64,000 nt of DNA, taken from Eledone cirrhosa. Taxonomy: Eukaryota. The notes under the pieces are model-generated. The model was not told where the DNA came from and made no database searches. It worked only from the letters and a program-made list of their open reading frames with translations. Of this stretch, positions 24,120-35,940 are shown one piece after another; position 1 is the first letter of the stretch; every line of letters begins with the position of its first letter. The translations under genes were made by a program, and so were the position numbers. The stretch covers positions 176,080,001 to 176,144,000 of the forward strand of contig OZ024741.1 in the NCBI GenBank assembly GCA_964016885.1, in the 5' to 3' direction.

Positions 24120-24260
24120 TTTTCGTTTTCGTACAATGAAAATGGCTTTGTTTTACTGGCAGCATTTTCAACAAACGACCATCTTGCTTTCCATTAAAGC
24201 ACTTATTCAAACCTTTGGCTAAGATATTGATGGCCATTTGATTCACTCGTTCAGTCTGTT
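24120..24260 (-). mobile_element. Possible ancient LTR-retrotransposon integrase relic
   Basis: rc translations QTERVNQMAINILAK and, after a frameshift, SFVENAASKTKPFSLY resemble the end of a Gypsy integrase core. Confidence 0.3.
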
Positions 24261-25034
24261 ATCATTTTACAACAAAACTGCTTCTCTTCATTTTGATTTT
24301 GTTTTATTTACTTGATCTTGTCTTTCTCTTGAATGTATGAGGGATGCACATGCATTTGTTTGTGGGTGAGTGCACCTTTGTGTTTGCAGGTGTCTGTAAC
24401 TTTGTGCACTGCAACTTCCACAATTTTCTGAGTTTGACATGTGCATGCGTGTTTGTAAGTGTGTATGAGAAATTAACAAAGGGGTGCAACAAGAAGAGGG
24501 AAACTGTGCAGGAAAAACATCCATTCAATACATACAAGGAGACATAAAATGATGATGATATATATGAAAATATGTGCCCCAGCATAGCCTTAGCGGGATG
24601 GCCGGAAAAGGTCAGAGAGTAAAAGAATATGCAGATATATATCATCACATTATCACCATTTGATGTCCGTTTTGTCTGCCAGCAAGTGTTGATTACTTCA
24701 ATGGTGGTATTGAAAGTTCAGGCACGCAAGGGGCCCATATCTCACATATGTTTTTGCACAAAGTACATCAAGAACATTTTTATCATGGCACCAAAACTAG
24801 GGAGGTATTCATATCTTTTACAAAACTGATAAGTCCTTCTTGCTTTTTCTTTGGCATGTTTTCTATGGCTGAATGCATTTCTTATCACCCACCAACTTAT
24901 ATGATGTACTGTGTACAGTGTTCATGGGGACAGTGCTAGATAGGTTGACGTGAATGACTGAAAGGTTTTCACAAGTTTTTTTGGTATAGTTTACTGACCA
25001 GAACAGAATGTGTGTGTGTGTGTATATATATATA

Positions 25035-25558
25035 AATGTGCAGAGCACTCAAAGTCAATGGACACCTTGGAATGAGGAGACCCAGGAAGACTTGGGACAA
25101 GGTAATAAAAGCTGATCTCGCACAATTGCACATCTCAAAAGTGATGACACAGGACCGAGATCTCAGGCATTGCACAGAAATACAGTAGACCCAAATTTCT
25201 ATGGACACAGGCTGTACCTGAAGCATATATATAGTATGCAGCACCCATACATCTCCCATGAGGACAAGCTACATCCAGTAAAAACTCACGTCCACACTGT
25301 CAAGTGGTCATGTCGGTGACATGACAAAAAGCTTCTAGCCCATACTTGAAAGTGGTCATGTAGGTGTCATGGCAAAAAGCACCATGTACTCACTGTAAAT
25401 GAGGTTGACACAAGGAAGGACATCAAGCTGTAGAAACCAAGCCCAAATCAGTTCTGTATGAGCATGGCATGATCACCTGACCATGGCATTGCTTACAACA
25501 GAGTTACTCATTTAAACCATGCCTCGTGGAAGAGTAGATGTTAGACAATGATGATGAA
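25035..25558 (+). mobile_element. RTE 3' end and 3' UTR
   Basis: CRALKVNG..RRPRKTWD, aggaaggacatcaagctgtagaa motif, (GAT)n tail. Confidence 0.75.
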
Positions 25559-26058
25559 TTCGGAAAATTAACAAAGAGAAGACAATGAATGTAAACCAGA
25601 CAAAACAAAATTATAAATATGTTTATATGTAATTATGTGTGGGACCATACCTACAGCTTATAATTAATGGTTTAGTGTAAATGTGTGAATATGCACACAT
25701 ACTCACACACAGACACACAGACAAGCACAGACACACACACACACATACACGCACACACACACATTTATATGTATTTAAATACAAATCTTATTTGATATCT
25801 ATTGATACAAATAAAACTATATTTGCAAGTAAATACGCACATACACATGTATACACAAACATATATATATGCATGTATTTAGTTACATTTATATTTATGT
25901 ATATTTATCCATATAAATTATGTCCACTATATTAAGATGTTTAAATGTAAACATATTTTAATTTGGTGTATCTTAAAATATCAAGACCTTTCATGACATT
26001 AACATTCATATATCAATAAATTATAGCATTGTATATATATCAATTTAATATCTGTCTG

Positions 26059-26102
<44 letters not shown>

Positions 26103-26291
26103 AATGAAAAATGGCGTGCTGTGTTGTTGCATATGTGATATATATATATATATATATATATGCAAAAGTTTTATTTAAAATTGTTGGGTTACAACAAGTA
26201 AATATTTTATAACTGATATAAAGCACTCAACAAGTTTTGGAGTAGATATACGATATTAAACAAATGGAAACTATATTTATAAAACCATATT

Positions 26292-26357
26292 TATTTCATT
26301 ATACATATTTCAGGGATACCATATTAAAAATATGGCATGCCTTCTTCAGACAAAATA
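26292..26357 (-). ncRNA. Hammerhead ribozyme (left arm of fold-back element 26160-26525)
   Basis: Exact inverted copy of 26415-26480. Confidence 0.8.
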
Positions 26358-26414
26358 CAAGTTGATCAATATTTATGGTACGTCAAATTTATTTATAAAA
26401 CTGCTTATATATTG

Positions 26415-26480
26415 TATTTTGTCTGAAGAAGGCATGCCATATTTTTAATATGGTATCCCTGAAATATGTATAATGAAATA
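26415..26480 (+). ncRNA. Hammerhead ribozyme (right arm)
   Basis: tattttgt-CTGAAGA-aggcatgccata(tttttaa)tatggtatccct-GAAA-tatgt-ATA-atgaaata. Confidence 0.8.
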
Positions 26481-26799
26481 AATATGGTTTTATAAATATA
26501 GTTTCCATTTGTTTAATATCGTATATATATATATATATATATAATTACATAAATGTATATATATATATCATCATCATCATTGGTTTTACATCCATTCTGC
26601 CAAGCTTGCATGGGTTGGATGCACGGTTTCTCTCCATTCACAGTGTTCTTCGTCATCATCAATTTAATGTAAGCTCTCACAATCTCTGCACATGTCTTCC
26701 TTGGTCTACCTCAATTGCAGTATCCATCATTTGAGATTCATTTGCAATTGTTCACCCAGCGATGTTCATCCATATATATACATAATTATATTAAGATAT

Positions 26800-27770
26800 A
26801 AAATTGATTTTCTTATTATCTCTGATCTTTTTAATAATGTGCTGGATGTTCATGTTAAGAGAGGGACTGAGCTATTAACTGACCACTATCTAGTTATCTG
26901 CAACTTGAGACTACCTAACGACAAAGAAGCCCACAAAATGGGCAGGCCAAGGGTAATATGGAAAGAGTTGATGGATAAGGAAGTTAGGACCATGTATGCA
27001 AATTGTATTGCATCCAAATCCAGAGAACTCCCAAAGCAAATTGAGGATGTTGAAACTGTTCAGCTCAGCAATTTCTCCTTTATCTCTTAAATGCTGCAGG
27101 CGAAAGAGGCTTGGTGTGGCACTGGATGGCAGGATGACCCTTTAGCTCTGTCAAGAGGTCAAAGATGCCATCTGAGCAAAGAAGGAGGCCTACAAATCTT
27201 GGTTTGGAAAGAAGTCCTCATTCTTGCACTCGCAGCACAAGCAAGCATGAAGAATAACAGCAGAGACAGTAAATGTATCCACCAAAGTTAAGACATTGGG
27301 AGGACTTTGGATTTAAGCTAGAATCTGCCTTCAGATCAGCAAATAAAGTGTTTTGGCAGACCATCCGCCGACTTTGTAATAAGAAGTCCTCCTTCACAAC
27401 TGATATCAGGAATGTGTCTGGGATTCTCCTCTCTTCAGAAAAGTACATCCTTGCAAAGTGAAGAGAATACTTTGCTAATCATCTAAACCCGATCACAACA
27501 GCATCCTCTGATGTACATGAGTTGCATCCTGGGAGCGGTGACTCATCTCCAAGAGGCTGACGTTATAAGAGCAACTAAAGAGCTCAAATGTGGCAAGGAA
27601 GCTGGGGAAGATGAAATCTGGCCCATGATATTAAATGCCTTAAACATAGAAAGTATTCTCTGGCTGACTAGTATGTGTCATGTCATCTGGATCTCTGAAA
27701 ATGCAGCTAAGCAATGGCAATTGGGAGTGATAATCCCAATTTTCAAAAAGTGAGATAAGAGATTGTCCAA
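26800..27770 (+). mobile_element. RTE LINE of Expander/Rex3 type, decayed EN-RT linker
   Basis: VLDVHVKRGTELLTDHYLV, WEDFG.KLE..F.SANKVFWQTIRRL, AGEDEI, WQLGVIIPIFKK. Confidence 0.8.
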
Positions 27771-27879
27771 ACTCCATAGCTTCCACTAATTTTGAGCAGC
27801 CATATATAATAAAATGTATATATGTATGGGCGCTCAAAGTTGGTGGAAGCTATGGAGTAGAAAGTCCTAGGAATATTTG

Positions 27880-28350
27880 GAATGAGGTGTGTTCACAGCA
27901 GACCTAGCACAATTACACTTCTCAAAGGCGATAACAGAGAATTGAGATCTCTGGTGTTATGCAGTAAAACAGAAGACTATCCCTCCCACTAGACCTACCT
28001 CTCCACCCCTATGCACCTCCCCACAACAGGCCCCTGTCCACACGGTAAAGTGGTTGTCTTTGGTGCCATGTCAAATAACACCGTCCACACTGTAGACTGA
28101 TCGTATTGGTGAGAACACAACAAAGCCCCCAGCCCACACTCTAAAGTTTTACACATGTCATGATAGAAAGCACCCAATGCATACTGTAAATGTGGTTGGC
28201 ATTAGGAAGCGCATCCAGCCATAGAAACCAAACCCAAACCTGTTCTGTATGAGCAAATCACCTTATCTGGATTGTCTTACAACTCATCTAACCCATACGA
28301 GTGTAGAAAAATGTACGCTAACCGGTGATGATGATGATGATGATGATGAT
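27880..28350 (+). mobile_element. RTE 3' end and 3' UTR
   Basis: rc matches about 9685-9740; ggttggcattaggaagcgcatccagcc motif; (GAT)n tail. Confidence 0.75.
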
Positions 28351-28471
28351 GGGGCCAAGTTGTATCAGCCTTAGCCTTTCCCTTGGATGACATCAGTGAT
28401 GTGATGAAGGGAGATTTACTGAATTACCTGTGGTGTTAATACAGTGGTTTTCTGTGTGTACACACACACAT

Positions 28472-28529
<58 letters not shown>

Positions 28530-28695
28530 ATGTATGTATGTATGTATATGTGTAGATACGTACTCATACACACATACATATATATATACATATACATATG
28601 AATATATATGTATATGTATGTATGTATATATATATATATGTAAATATATATATATGTGTGTGTGTGAATGTATATATGTATATATAAAATACATA

Positions 28696-28812
28696 GGCGC
28701 GTGGCTGAGTGGTTAGAGAATTGGATTCGCAATCATGAGGTTGTGATTTCAATTCCCTGACTGAACGATGCATTATGTCCTTCAGCAAGACACTTTATTT
28801 CACGTTGCTCCT
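28696..28812 (+). mobile_element. CORE-like SINE, 5' half
   Basis: ggcgcgtggctgagtggttaga...gtccttcagcaagacactttatttcacgttgctcc. Confidence 0.8.
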
Positions 28813-28974
28813 TCTGTCTGGATTTGCGACCAACAGATAGTATTAGCAATAGGAAAGACAAATGGAAACATTGTTTCCTCGGTCCAATTTGACGAGCTCC
28901 ACCTCACTTGTTAAGCAAATGATGTCTGAGATCTGTCGATCGACTGTTGATATATTTATATTATATATATATAT

Positions 28975-29345
28975 ACGTGTATTCCGGGTTCAATCAGGGG
29001 TAGCCAAAGTAAGTAAAGTACTCAATACAAAGTAGATTATATAATTGTTTCTATTATAGGCACAAGGCCAGCAATTACCCAGTGCATTACTGGTACTTTA
29101 TTTTATCGACCCCGTAAGCACGAAAGGCAAAGTTAACCTCGGCGGGATTTGAACTCAGATCGTAAAGGGACGTAACTATGCTGGAAAGCATGGCGTCCGA
29201 CCCTCTATCGATACTGCCAATATAATGTTTAAAAATGATGTACTCTACTATGTATTGAGTACCTTACTTACTTTGGCTAGCCCTGCTTGAACCCGGGATA
29301 CACATATCTTTTAGCACCTAACCGTGCCCTCAACTATCAGATTAA
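28975..29345. mobile_element. Fold-back of element tail (family of 3098 and 41130) with SINE A (29043-29221, -) in the middle
   Basis: Inverted arms carrying gtattgagtac.ttacttactttggcta..ttgaacccgg. Confidence 0.7.
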
Positions 29346-29389
29346 ACATTATATATTATATATATATGTATATACATGTACTATACATA

Positions 29390-29927
29390 CTAGCAGAAAA
29401 CCACCCTACGGGTGGTTTTCTGCTAGCATGTGTAGTGTGTAAATTAATATTATACACAAATAAATATATGTATGTAAATATGATACATCAAATAAAATCA
29501 TAATTGACAATATACACAGATATAATCAGTAATCCATGATATATTAAAAAAAAGACGACATTATACGTATATAAACTCCATTAGGAGAAAAATTAGCGAT
29601 GGATATATATGCGGTTATAAGTGTTATAATATAACGGCCACTAACTGGAAGTGTTGACATTTGATAATTTTAAAGAATTGAATTTTAATAATATTTAAAT
29701 AAGCTATAACATATATTTAATGAACAGCCACGAAATTTAGCACATAAATTATGTAATATTCATTCATTATTTATAATAAAAGTACCAGTAATGCACTGGT
29801 AATTGCTGGCCTTGTGCCTAAAGTAGAAACAATTATTTATTGAAAGTAATCCCACTTATTTTACTAACAGGGTAAAAAAATATATTCTGGACGCAATTCC
29901 GCAGACCTTCCTTTATTATAGTTAAGA
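29390..29927 (-). mobile_element. Non-autonomous Helitron
   Basis: rc starts A|TCTTAACTATAATAAA and ends in hairpin plus CTAG|T; SINE tail fragment inside (29775-29835). Confidence 0.55.
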
Positions 29928-29964
29928 TATATGTATATGTATATATATATATATGTATATAAAT

Positions 29965-30069
<105 letters not shown>

Positions 30070-30109
30070 TTCAAAATATTAACAAAATAGATATTCTTGT
30101 GATCAAGTA

Positions 30110-30176
30110 TATTTTATTATACATATTTCAGAGGTACTGAGTTAACTTCAACAGTACGTCCTCATCAGATAAAATA
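30110..30176 (-). ncRNA. Hammerhead ribozyme (left arm of fold-back element 30061-30485)
   Basis: Inverted copy of 30277-30343. Confidence 0.85.
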
Positions 30177-30276
30177 AGATGTTGCATGACATACCCTGAC
30201 ATATTAGATGGTTAAGATTCAGTCATGGTAGTGAATCTTAACCATCTAATATATCAGGGTATATCATACATCATCT

Positions 30277-30343
30277 TATTTTATCTGATGAGGACGTACT
30301 GTTGAAGTTAACTCAGTACCTCTGAAATATGTATAATAAAATA
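30277..30343 (+). ncRNA. Hammerhead ribozyme (right arm)
   Basis: tattttat-CTGATGA-ggacgtactg..cagtacctct-GAAA-tatgt-ATA-ataaaata; perfect 8-bp stem I. Confidence 0.85.
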
Positions 30344-30527
30344 TACTTGATTACAAGAATATCTATTTTGTTAATATTTTGAATTAATATTAATAACTCC
30401 AGAAAACCAAATACTGTTGAGTGCTTCCAATCTATTGTAAAACTCATTCTTTGATTTATTCATTGAACCTTGTTTAACCTTTAAATATATATATATATAT
30501 ATTTATATATATGTGGGTGTATATATA

Positions 30528-31665
30528 TCATCATCATCATCATCATCAACGTTTAACGTCCGTGTTCCACGCTTGCATGGGTTTGGACGGGGGTAGTCCC
30601 ACTTGAGGCAAGAGTGATTGTCTTGCTCGCATAGGACTGTCTGGCAGGTTTTCTACAGTTGGATGCCCTTCCTAACACCAACCACATTTACAGTGTGGGT
30701 CTGGGAGGATTTTACCGTGTTGCCTACACGGCCACATTACAGCGTGGACTGTGTGTTTTTTTGTCGTGACACCTACACGATCTCATTTGTTTCGGCCTCG
30801 ATGGCGCGGCATCAACATAACTTTACATAGAACGGGGTGGTGTGGATGGGTGGGGGTGGTGGTGGTGGGACGGGGTGTATTTTGTTAGAGATGCCTACTG
30901 GCTGGAGTAGGTTTTACTATATATTTAGGTAAAGCGGGTCTTCTCTGTTACTGAGTACCGCCAAAGGTCTCGGTCCAGTGACATTGTCTTGGAGAGGTGT
31001 AAGTATATGATGTCGGAGTTTATCAGCTCGTCCCAGGTTTTTCTAGGTCTGCCTATTCCGTGACTACCGTCTATCTTTATTGCCCTGCACTTTGTTATAC
31101 AGCTATCGACTTTCATGCGCATCACGTGTCCATACCAACGTAGCCTTCTCTCGAGTAAACAACATCTGATCCCTCTTATCTCTAATTTTTTCCTTAGTTC
31201 GTTTATGCTTTGCCGTTCACGTATATTACTGTTACACATCCAGCGGAGCATGCAAGCTTCGTTCCTCTCTAGTCTGCGTATATCCTCTGCACACAATGCC
31301 CAGGTCTCACTGCCATGCAGCATTGCTGTTCGTATGCAGGCATCGTACAACCTGCCTTTCATTTTTAGGGAGAACCCTTTAGCAGCTAATAGTGGTATAA
31401 GCTCTCTGAACTTTTTCCAACCAGTTCTGACTCTAGCTACAGTACTTTCAGAGCACCCTCCCCCACTGCTGATTTTATCGCCCAGGTAACGGAAGCTGTC
31501 CACTATTTCTATAGAACCCTCTGCGCAATTGAAAGAGCTAGTATTTTGTGGGCACTTGCTGCTACTTATTGCACCAGAACACCGGCCACATGTAAAATCT
31601 ATGTTCTTAGTTAGCTTACCTGTGATCCCACTACATCTTTTATGCACCCATACTTTGCATTTAGG
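30528..31665 (-). mobile_element. Young 5'-truncated RTE LINE (intact 240-aa C-terminal ORF 30925-31647 plus 3' UTR)
   Basis: HKRCSGI..CGRC, IVDSFRYLGD, ARVRTGWKKF, AMLHGSETW, RRLRWYGHVMRM, GRPRKTW; (GAT)n tail; TA flanks. Confidence 0.95.
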
Positions 31666-31904
31666 ACATATATATATGTATATATATAACTTGTGGTTTA
31701 CATTCTATTTTTTTTTTATTAGGCATATATGAGTTATTTTTTCTATACTTGTTTAATCTACAAAGATAATGTCATAGCAACAAGTGCCTGTTTTGTTGTC
31801 ATGGATTCTCTGATTAAATGTCTTACTAACATGAATGAACTGTACTTGTGCTGATTAGGCCAATATTTCTATGTATAGGGTTCAGCTGTGTCTATCTACT
31901 ATTG

Positions 31905-31936
31905 CTACTACTACTACTACTACTATACTGCTGATG

Positions 31937-32011
<75 letters not shown>

Positions 32012-32358
32012 TACTGCTGCTGCCAGTTAGCAAATTCGGGGCTGTTTAATGATGGTGTGTTACTAAAAATATTTCAATATCGCTTGTTACTTCTACTTCT
32101 ACTAATAATACTACCACCGCCACTACTAAGACTATCATCACCACTACCACCACTACTACAGCTATCACCACCACCAACACCACTACTACTACTACACCAA
32201 CACCACCACTACTACAGCTATCACCACCAGCACTACAGCTATCACCACCACCGTCACTACAACTGTCACCACCACCATCACTACTACAACTATCACCACC
32301 ACCACTATTACTACTACAACTACTACTACTACTACTACTAGTAATAATAATAATAATA
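31905..32358. repeat. Compound (CTA)n/(CCA)n/(TAA)n microsatellite
   Basis: Direct inspection; includes a degenerate ctacagctatcaccaccac higher-order unit. Confidence 0.9.
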
Positions 32359-32618
32359 ATTGTTTCTACTTTTGGCACAAGGCCAGCAATTACCCAGTAC
32401 ATTACTGGTACTTTATTTTATCGACCTCGCAAGGATGAAAGGCAAAGTTAACCTCGCCGGGATTTGAACTCAGATCGTAAAGGGAAGTAACTATGCTGGA
32501 AAGCATGTCCGACCCTCTACCGATACTGCCAATTCATAATAATAATAATAATAATAATTGTTTCTACTTTAGGCACAAGGCCAGCAAATGTCCAGTGCAT
32601 TACTGGTACTTTATTTTA
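32359..32618 (-). mobile_element. SINE family A, one full and one truncated copy
   Basis: Consensus match; embedded in (TAA)n. Confidence 0.9.
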
Positions 32619-32669
32619 ATAATAATAATAATATAATAATATTTTAATAATAATAATAATAATAATAAT

Positions 32670-33282
32670 GATTTCTTTATTAACCACAAGGGTTTACATA
32701 AAGTAGACATTAAGGACAGTGCAGGACAATACAGTACGTTACAAATGTGCATTTCTGCGTGTAAAAAACAAAAACAGAGGATCTAACAAAAAATAACAAT
32801 GAAAAATTCCCCAATAGGGGGGAGGCTTCGGAGGGACATTTGTGGAGAAAGCCGAGTAAAAGGCCACAGTGACCCTGACCACCAAGGCAAGTGCCCTCTC
32901 CCAGTTTTCCACCTTTAATTTACAGACATATACTCAGATTAGGCCCATTCACTCGGGCCATACTTGCCTCTCTCACCCATCTTTCAACAAAATGCTGGGA
33001 AGAGAGCACTTCCCTCTCTACTCTGATTTTCCTTTTCAAATGAAATTTGAAAAAGTCAATCAGGGCATCACCGAAGAGGTAAGTGCTCGTCTTCAGCCCT
33101 TTCAAACGTGTCCACCATACTATCTCTTTCGCCATGGCCACGAGACAGATACAAACTGCCTGCCCTTCCCGGCTAAAGGAGGAGGGCGGGGCAATCCTCA
33201 CGATGGACTCAGATGATAGCCGGATCCGTCCTACACGCGACAGCAGGTGTTCGACATAAACCCACAAGTCAGCAATTTTCGG

Positions 33283-33283
<1 letters not shown>
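32670..33283 (-). mobile_element. Tx1/L1-type LINE 3' end in (TAA)n
   Basis: C-terminal ORF LVAMAKEIVWWTR..FVERW; AATAAA then (TTA)n; related to 44880-46520. Confidence 0.75.
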
Positions 33284-33338
<55 letters not shown>

Positions 33339-33548
33339 GCCGCTGCCCTTTTTGCTGCTGCTACTCCTATTACTCACAAGCACACACACACACACACATA
33401 CATATATATTTATTATGCAAACAAACAGTTATATCTATCAGTTGGACTAATGGAAATAATATAATCATATATACACACATATATATATATATATACAATA
33501 GAAGATAGTCTAATAGATTAATACATATATATATATATATATATATAT

Positions 33549-33812
33549 AGTAATAATAATAAATTTGAAGACTATAATCCAAAGAATAAATATATAGCAA
33601 ATATATCCAAAGGATAAATATATATCAAATATATAAGAACTGTAGAGCAAATATTTATTAAAATAACTGATTAAAGTTTAAGCAAAGAATCGCTGCTTTC
33701 ACCCTTAACGGGATCTTCTGAAACTAACAAAGTCAATCTGTGAACCCGTTAAGGGTGAAAGCAGCGATACTTTGCTTAAACTTTAAACTTTAATCTGTTA
33801 TTTTAATAAATA
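33549..33812. mobile_element. Fold-back HHR element, CAGAAGA family (extended HHR 33667-33740 on -)
   Basis: rc cagattga-ctttgtt-agttt-CAGAAGA-tccc(gttaa)gggt-GAAA-gca..tg-CTT-aaact-ttaatcag. Confidence 0.8.
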
Positions 33813-33904
33813 TATATATATATATATTTGACGTTATAGTCACTTATATATTATGAAATACTGGTGGCTTCATGCTCACAATAATTTCTATACTTTCATT
33901 TATA

Positions 33905-33982
<78 letters not shown>

Positions 33983-34074
33983 CATATATATATCATCATC
34001 ATCATCATTTTACATCTGCTTTTCCCTGCTTGCAAGGGTTGGATGGGTCCTATTCAGCACAGCATATACATTCA

Positions 34075-34108
<34 letters not shown>

Positions 34109-34335
34109 CATACATACATACACATACATACATACATACATACAAACAAAAACACATACATACATGCATATATATATGTATATATATATATATTAAAGAT
34201 TTAAACAAGATTCAATGAGTACATCAAAGAATGAGTTTTACAGTAGATTGGAAGCACTCTACAGCAAATAGTTTTCCAGAGTTATTAATATTAAAATACA
34301 AATATTAATAAAATAGATGTTCTTTTGATTAATTA

Positions 34336-34390
34336 CATTTTATTATACATATTTCAGAGGTACAACAGTACGTCCTCATCAGACAAAATA
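34336..34390 (-). ncRNA. Hammerhead ribozyme in fold-back element 34192-34461 (family of 30061)
   Basis: rc tattttgt-CTGATGA-ggacgtac(tgtt)gtacctct-GAAA-tatgt-ATA-ataaaatg; opposite arm has the core deleted after CTGATGA. Confidence 0.8.
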
Positions 34391-34454
34391 TATTTTGTCT
34401 GATGATAATAAAATGTAATTGATCAAAAGAACATCTATTTTATTAATATTTGTA

Positions 34455-34499
<45 letters not shown>

Positions 34500-34529
34500 A
34501 GATCAAAAGATGGTTAAAAGAGTTCCATG

Positions 34530-34600
34530 TATTTTATTATGCGCATTTCAAAAACAAATATCATCATGCAATAACATTTGTGTTTTCATCAGATAAAATA
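34530..34600 (-). ncRNA. Hammerhead ribozyme (left arm of fold-back element 34490-35220)
   Basis: rc tattttat-CTGATGA-aaacacaaatgt..atatttgttttt-GAAA-tgcgc-ATA-ataaaata; palindromic stem III atgcgcat. Confidence 0.8.
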
Positions 34601-35060
34601 GGAAGGCATGATATGAAGGTTAAAAAACACTTGTGGATAGTGCAGTTTTAAATCAACATATGAAAAGTAGTTTTAGATTGATGTGTGATATTGAGAACAA
34701 AAAAAATTGAGGGGGGGGGGGGTGAAAAAGAGGAGGAGATGAGAGTAAAAAATGGAGGGGGAGGAGTATAATGAGGAAGGATGAGATAGGAGGAGAGATG
34801 GGAGATAGAGAGAGAGAGGGAGATAGCTTTTATAACTGAGAAAAATATATTGTTTTACATAGAGAGGTTGAAAAACCGTTGGAAGATAATGTATAAATTA
34901 AAAGAATTTGAAAATTAACGAAGAGAAAAATAATGTAAAGTTAAGGTTTGTATATTGAAGGGTTTAATAATATGTGCGATGATTATGCACATATTATTAA
35001 ACCCTTCATTTAAAACTGCACTATCCACAAGTGTTTTTTAACCTTCATATCATGTCTTCC

Positions 35061-35131
35061 TATTTTATCTGATGAAAACACAAATGTTATTGCATGATGA
35101 TATTTGTTTTTGAAATGCACATAATAAAATA
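35061..35131 (+). ncRNA. Hammerhead ribozyme (right arm)
   Basis: As 34530-34600 with one stem III change (tgcac). Confidence 0.75.
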
Positions 35132-35339
35132 CATGGAACTCTTTTAACCATCTTTTGATCTTATATATTATGTATACTCCAGTCCTACAAACTGTAGAGT
35201 GCTTCTTATCCGATATCTGCAATGCTAAAAGAATGTAGGGTCAGGTGTTACAGCAGGGGTGTGAAGAAGGACAGGTGCCAGATGGAGTCTTAAAGGATGT
35301 GTAGGAAGAAGTGTACACAAGAAGGTTATGAAGATTACG

Positions 35340-35940
35340 GACATATTGATGATAACTATGGAAGAGGAAAATTTGGGATGAAGTGCTAAAAGCTGTCCTT
35401 GTGCAATTAAACCTCACAAAAGTGATGACAGAGATCTTTGGCATCATGTTGTATTGCAGAGGACCCATGTGCACAAAATGAAATGAAACAAACACGTCGA
35501 GGACACACATGTCTGCACCAATCACCATGCCCAGATTCACTGTCCCTAGTCTTAAAATCCCACTCTCATTTGCTAAATATTCCACACACCTAGTTGATAT
35601 CGAACTTGCTTATCTGTACCCCTCCAACACTCTACCCTGATACACATCATCTGCCAGAACCATGCATATCTGTATGAAAGCAGGACACACTCGACATCTG
35701 ATCTCCCACAATGCTGTTGCCAGGAGAAAAAGCGCATAGTCCACACTGTCTGCTGATCCTGTGCTACAACAATGAAACCACCAAGTCCATCATGTAAGGT
35801 GGTTGTGTTGGTGACCTGAGAAAAAGCACACTGTGAGGTGGTTGTGCTCATGACATGACAAAAAGCTCCCAGTCCACCATCTTAACAACCCATCTAACCA
35901 ATGCATGCAAAGAAAATGGATGTTAAATAATGATGATGGT
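35340..35940 (+). mobile_element. Decayed RTE 3' end and UTR
   Basis: gggatgaagtgctaaaagctgtcctt..aacctcaca resembles RTE C-terminus; (GAT)n tail at about 35930. Confidence 0.55.
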
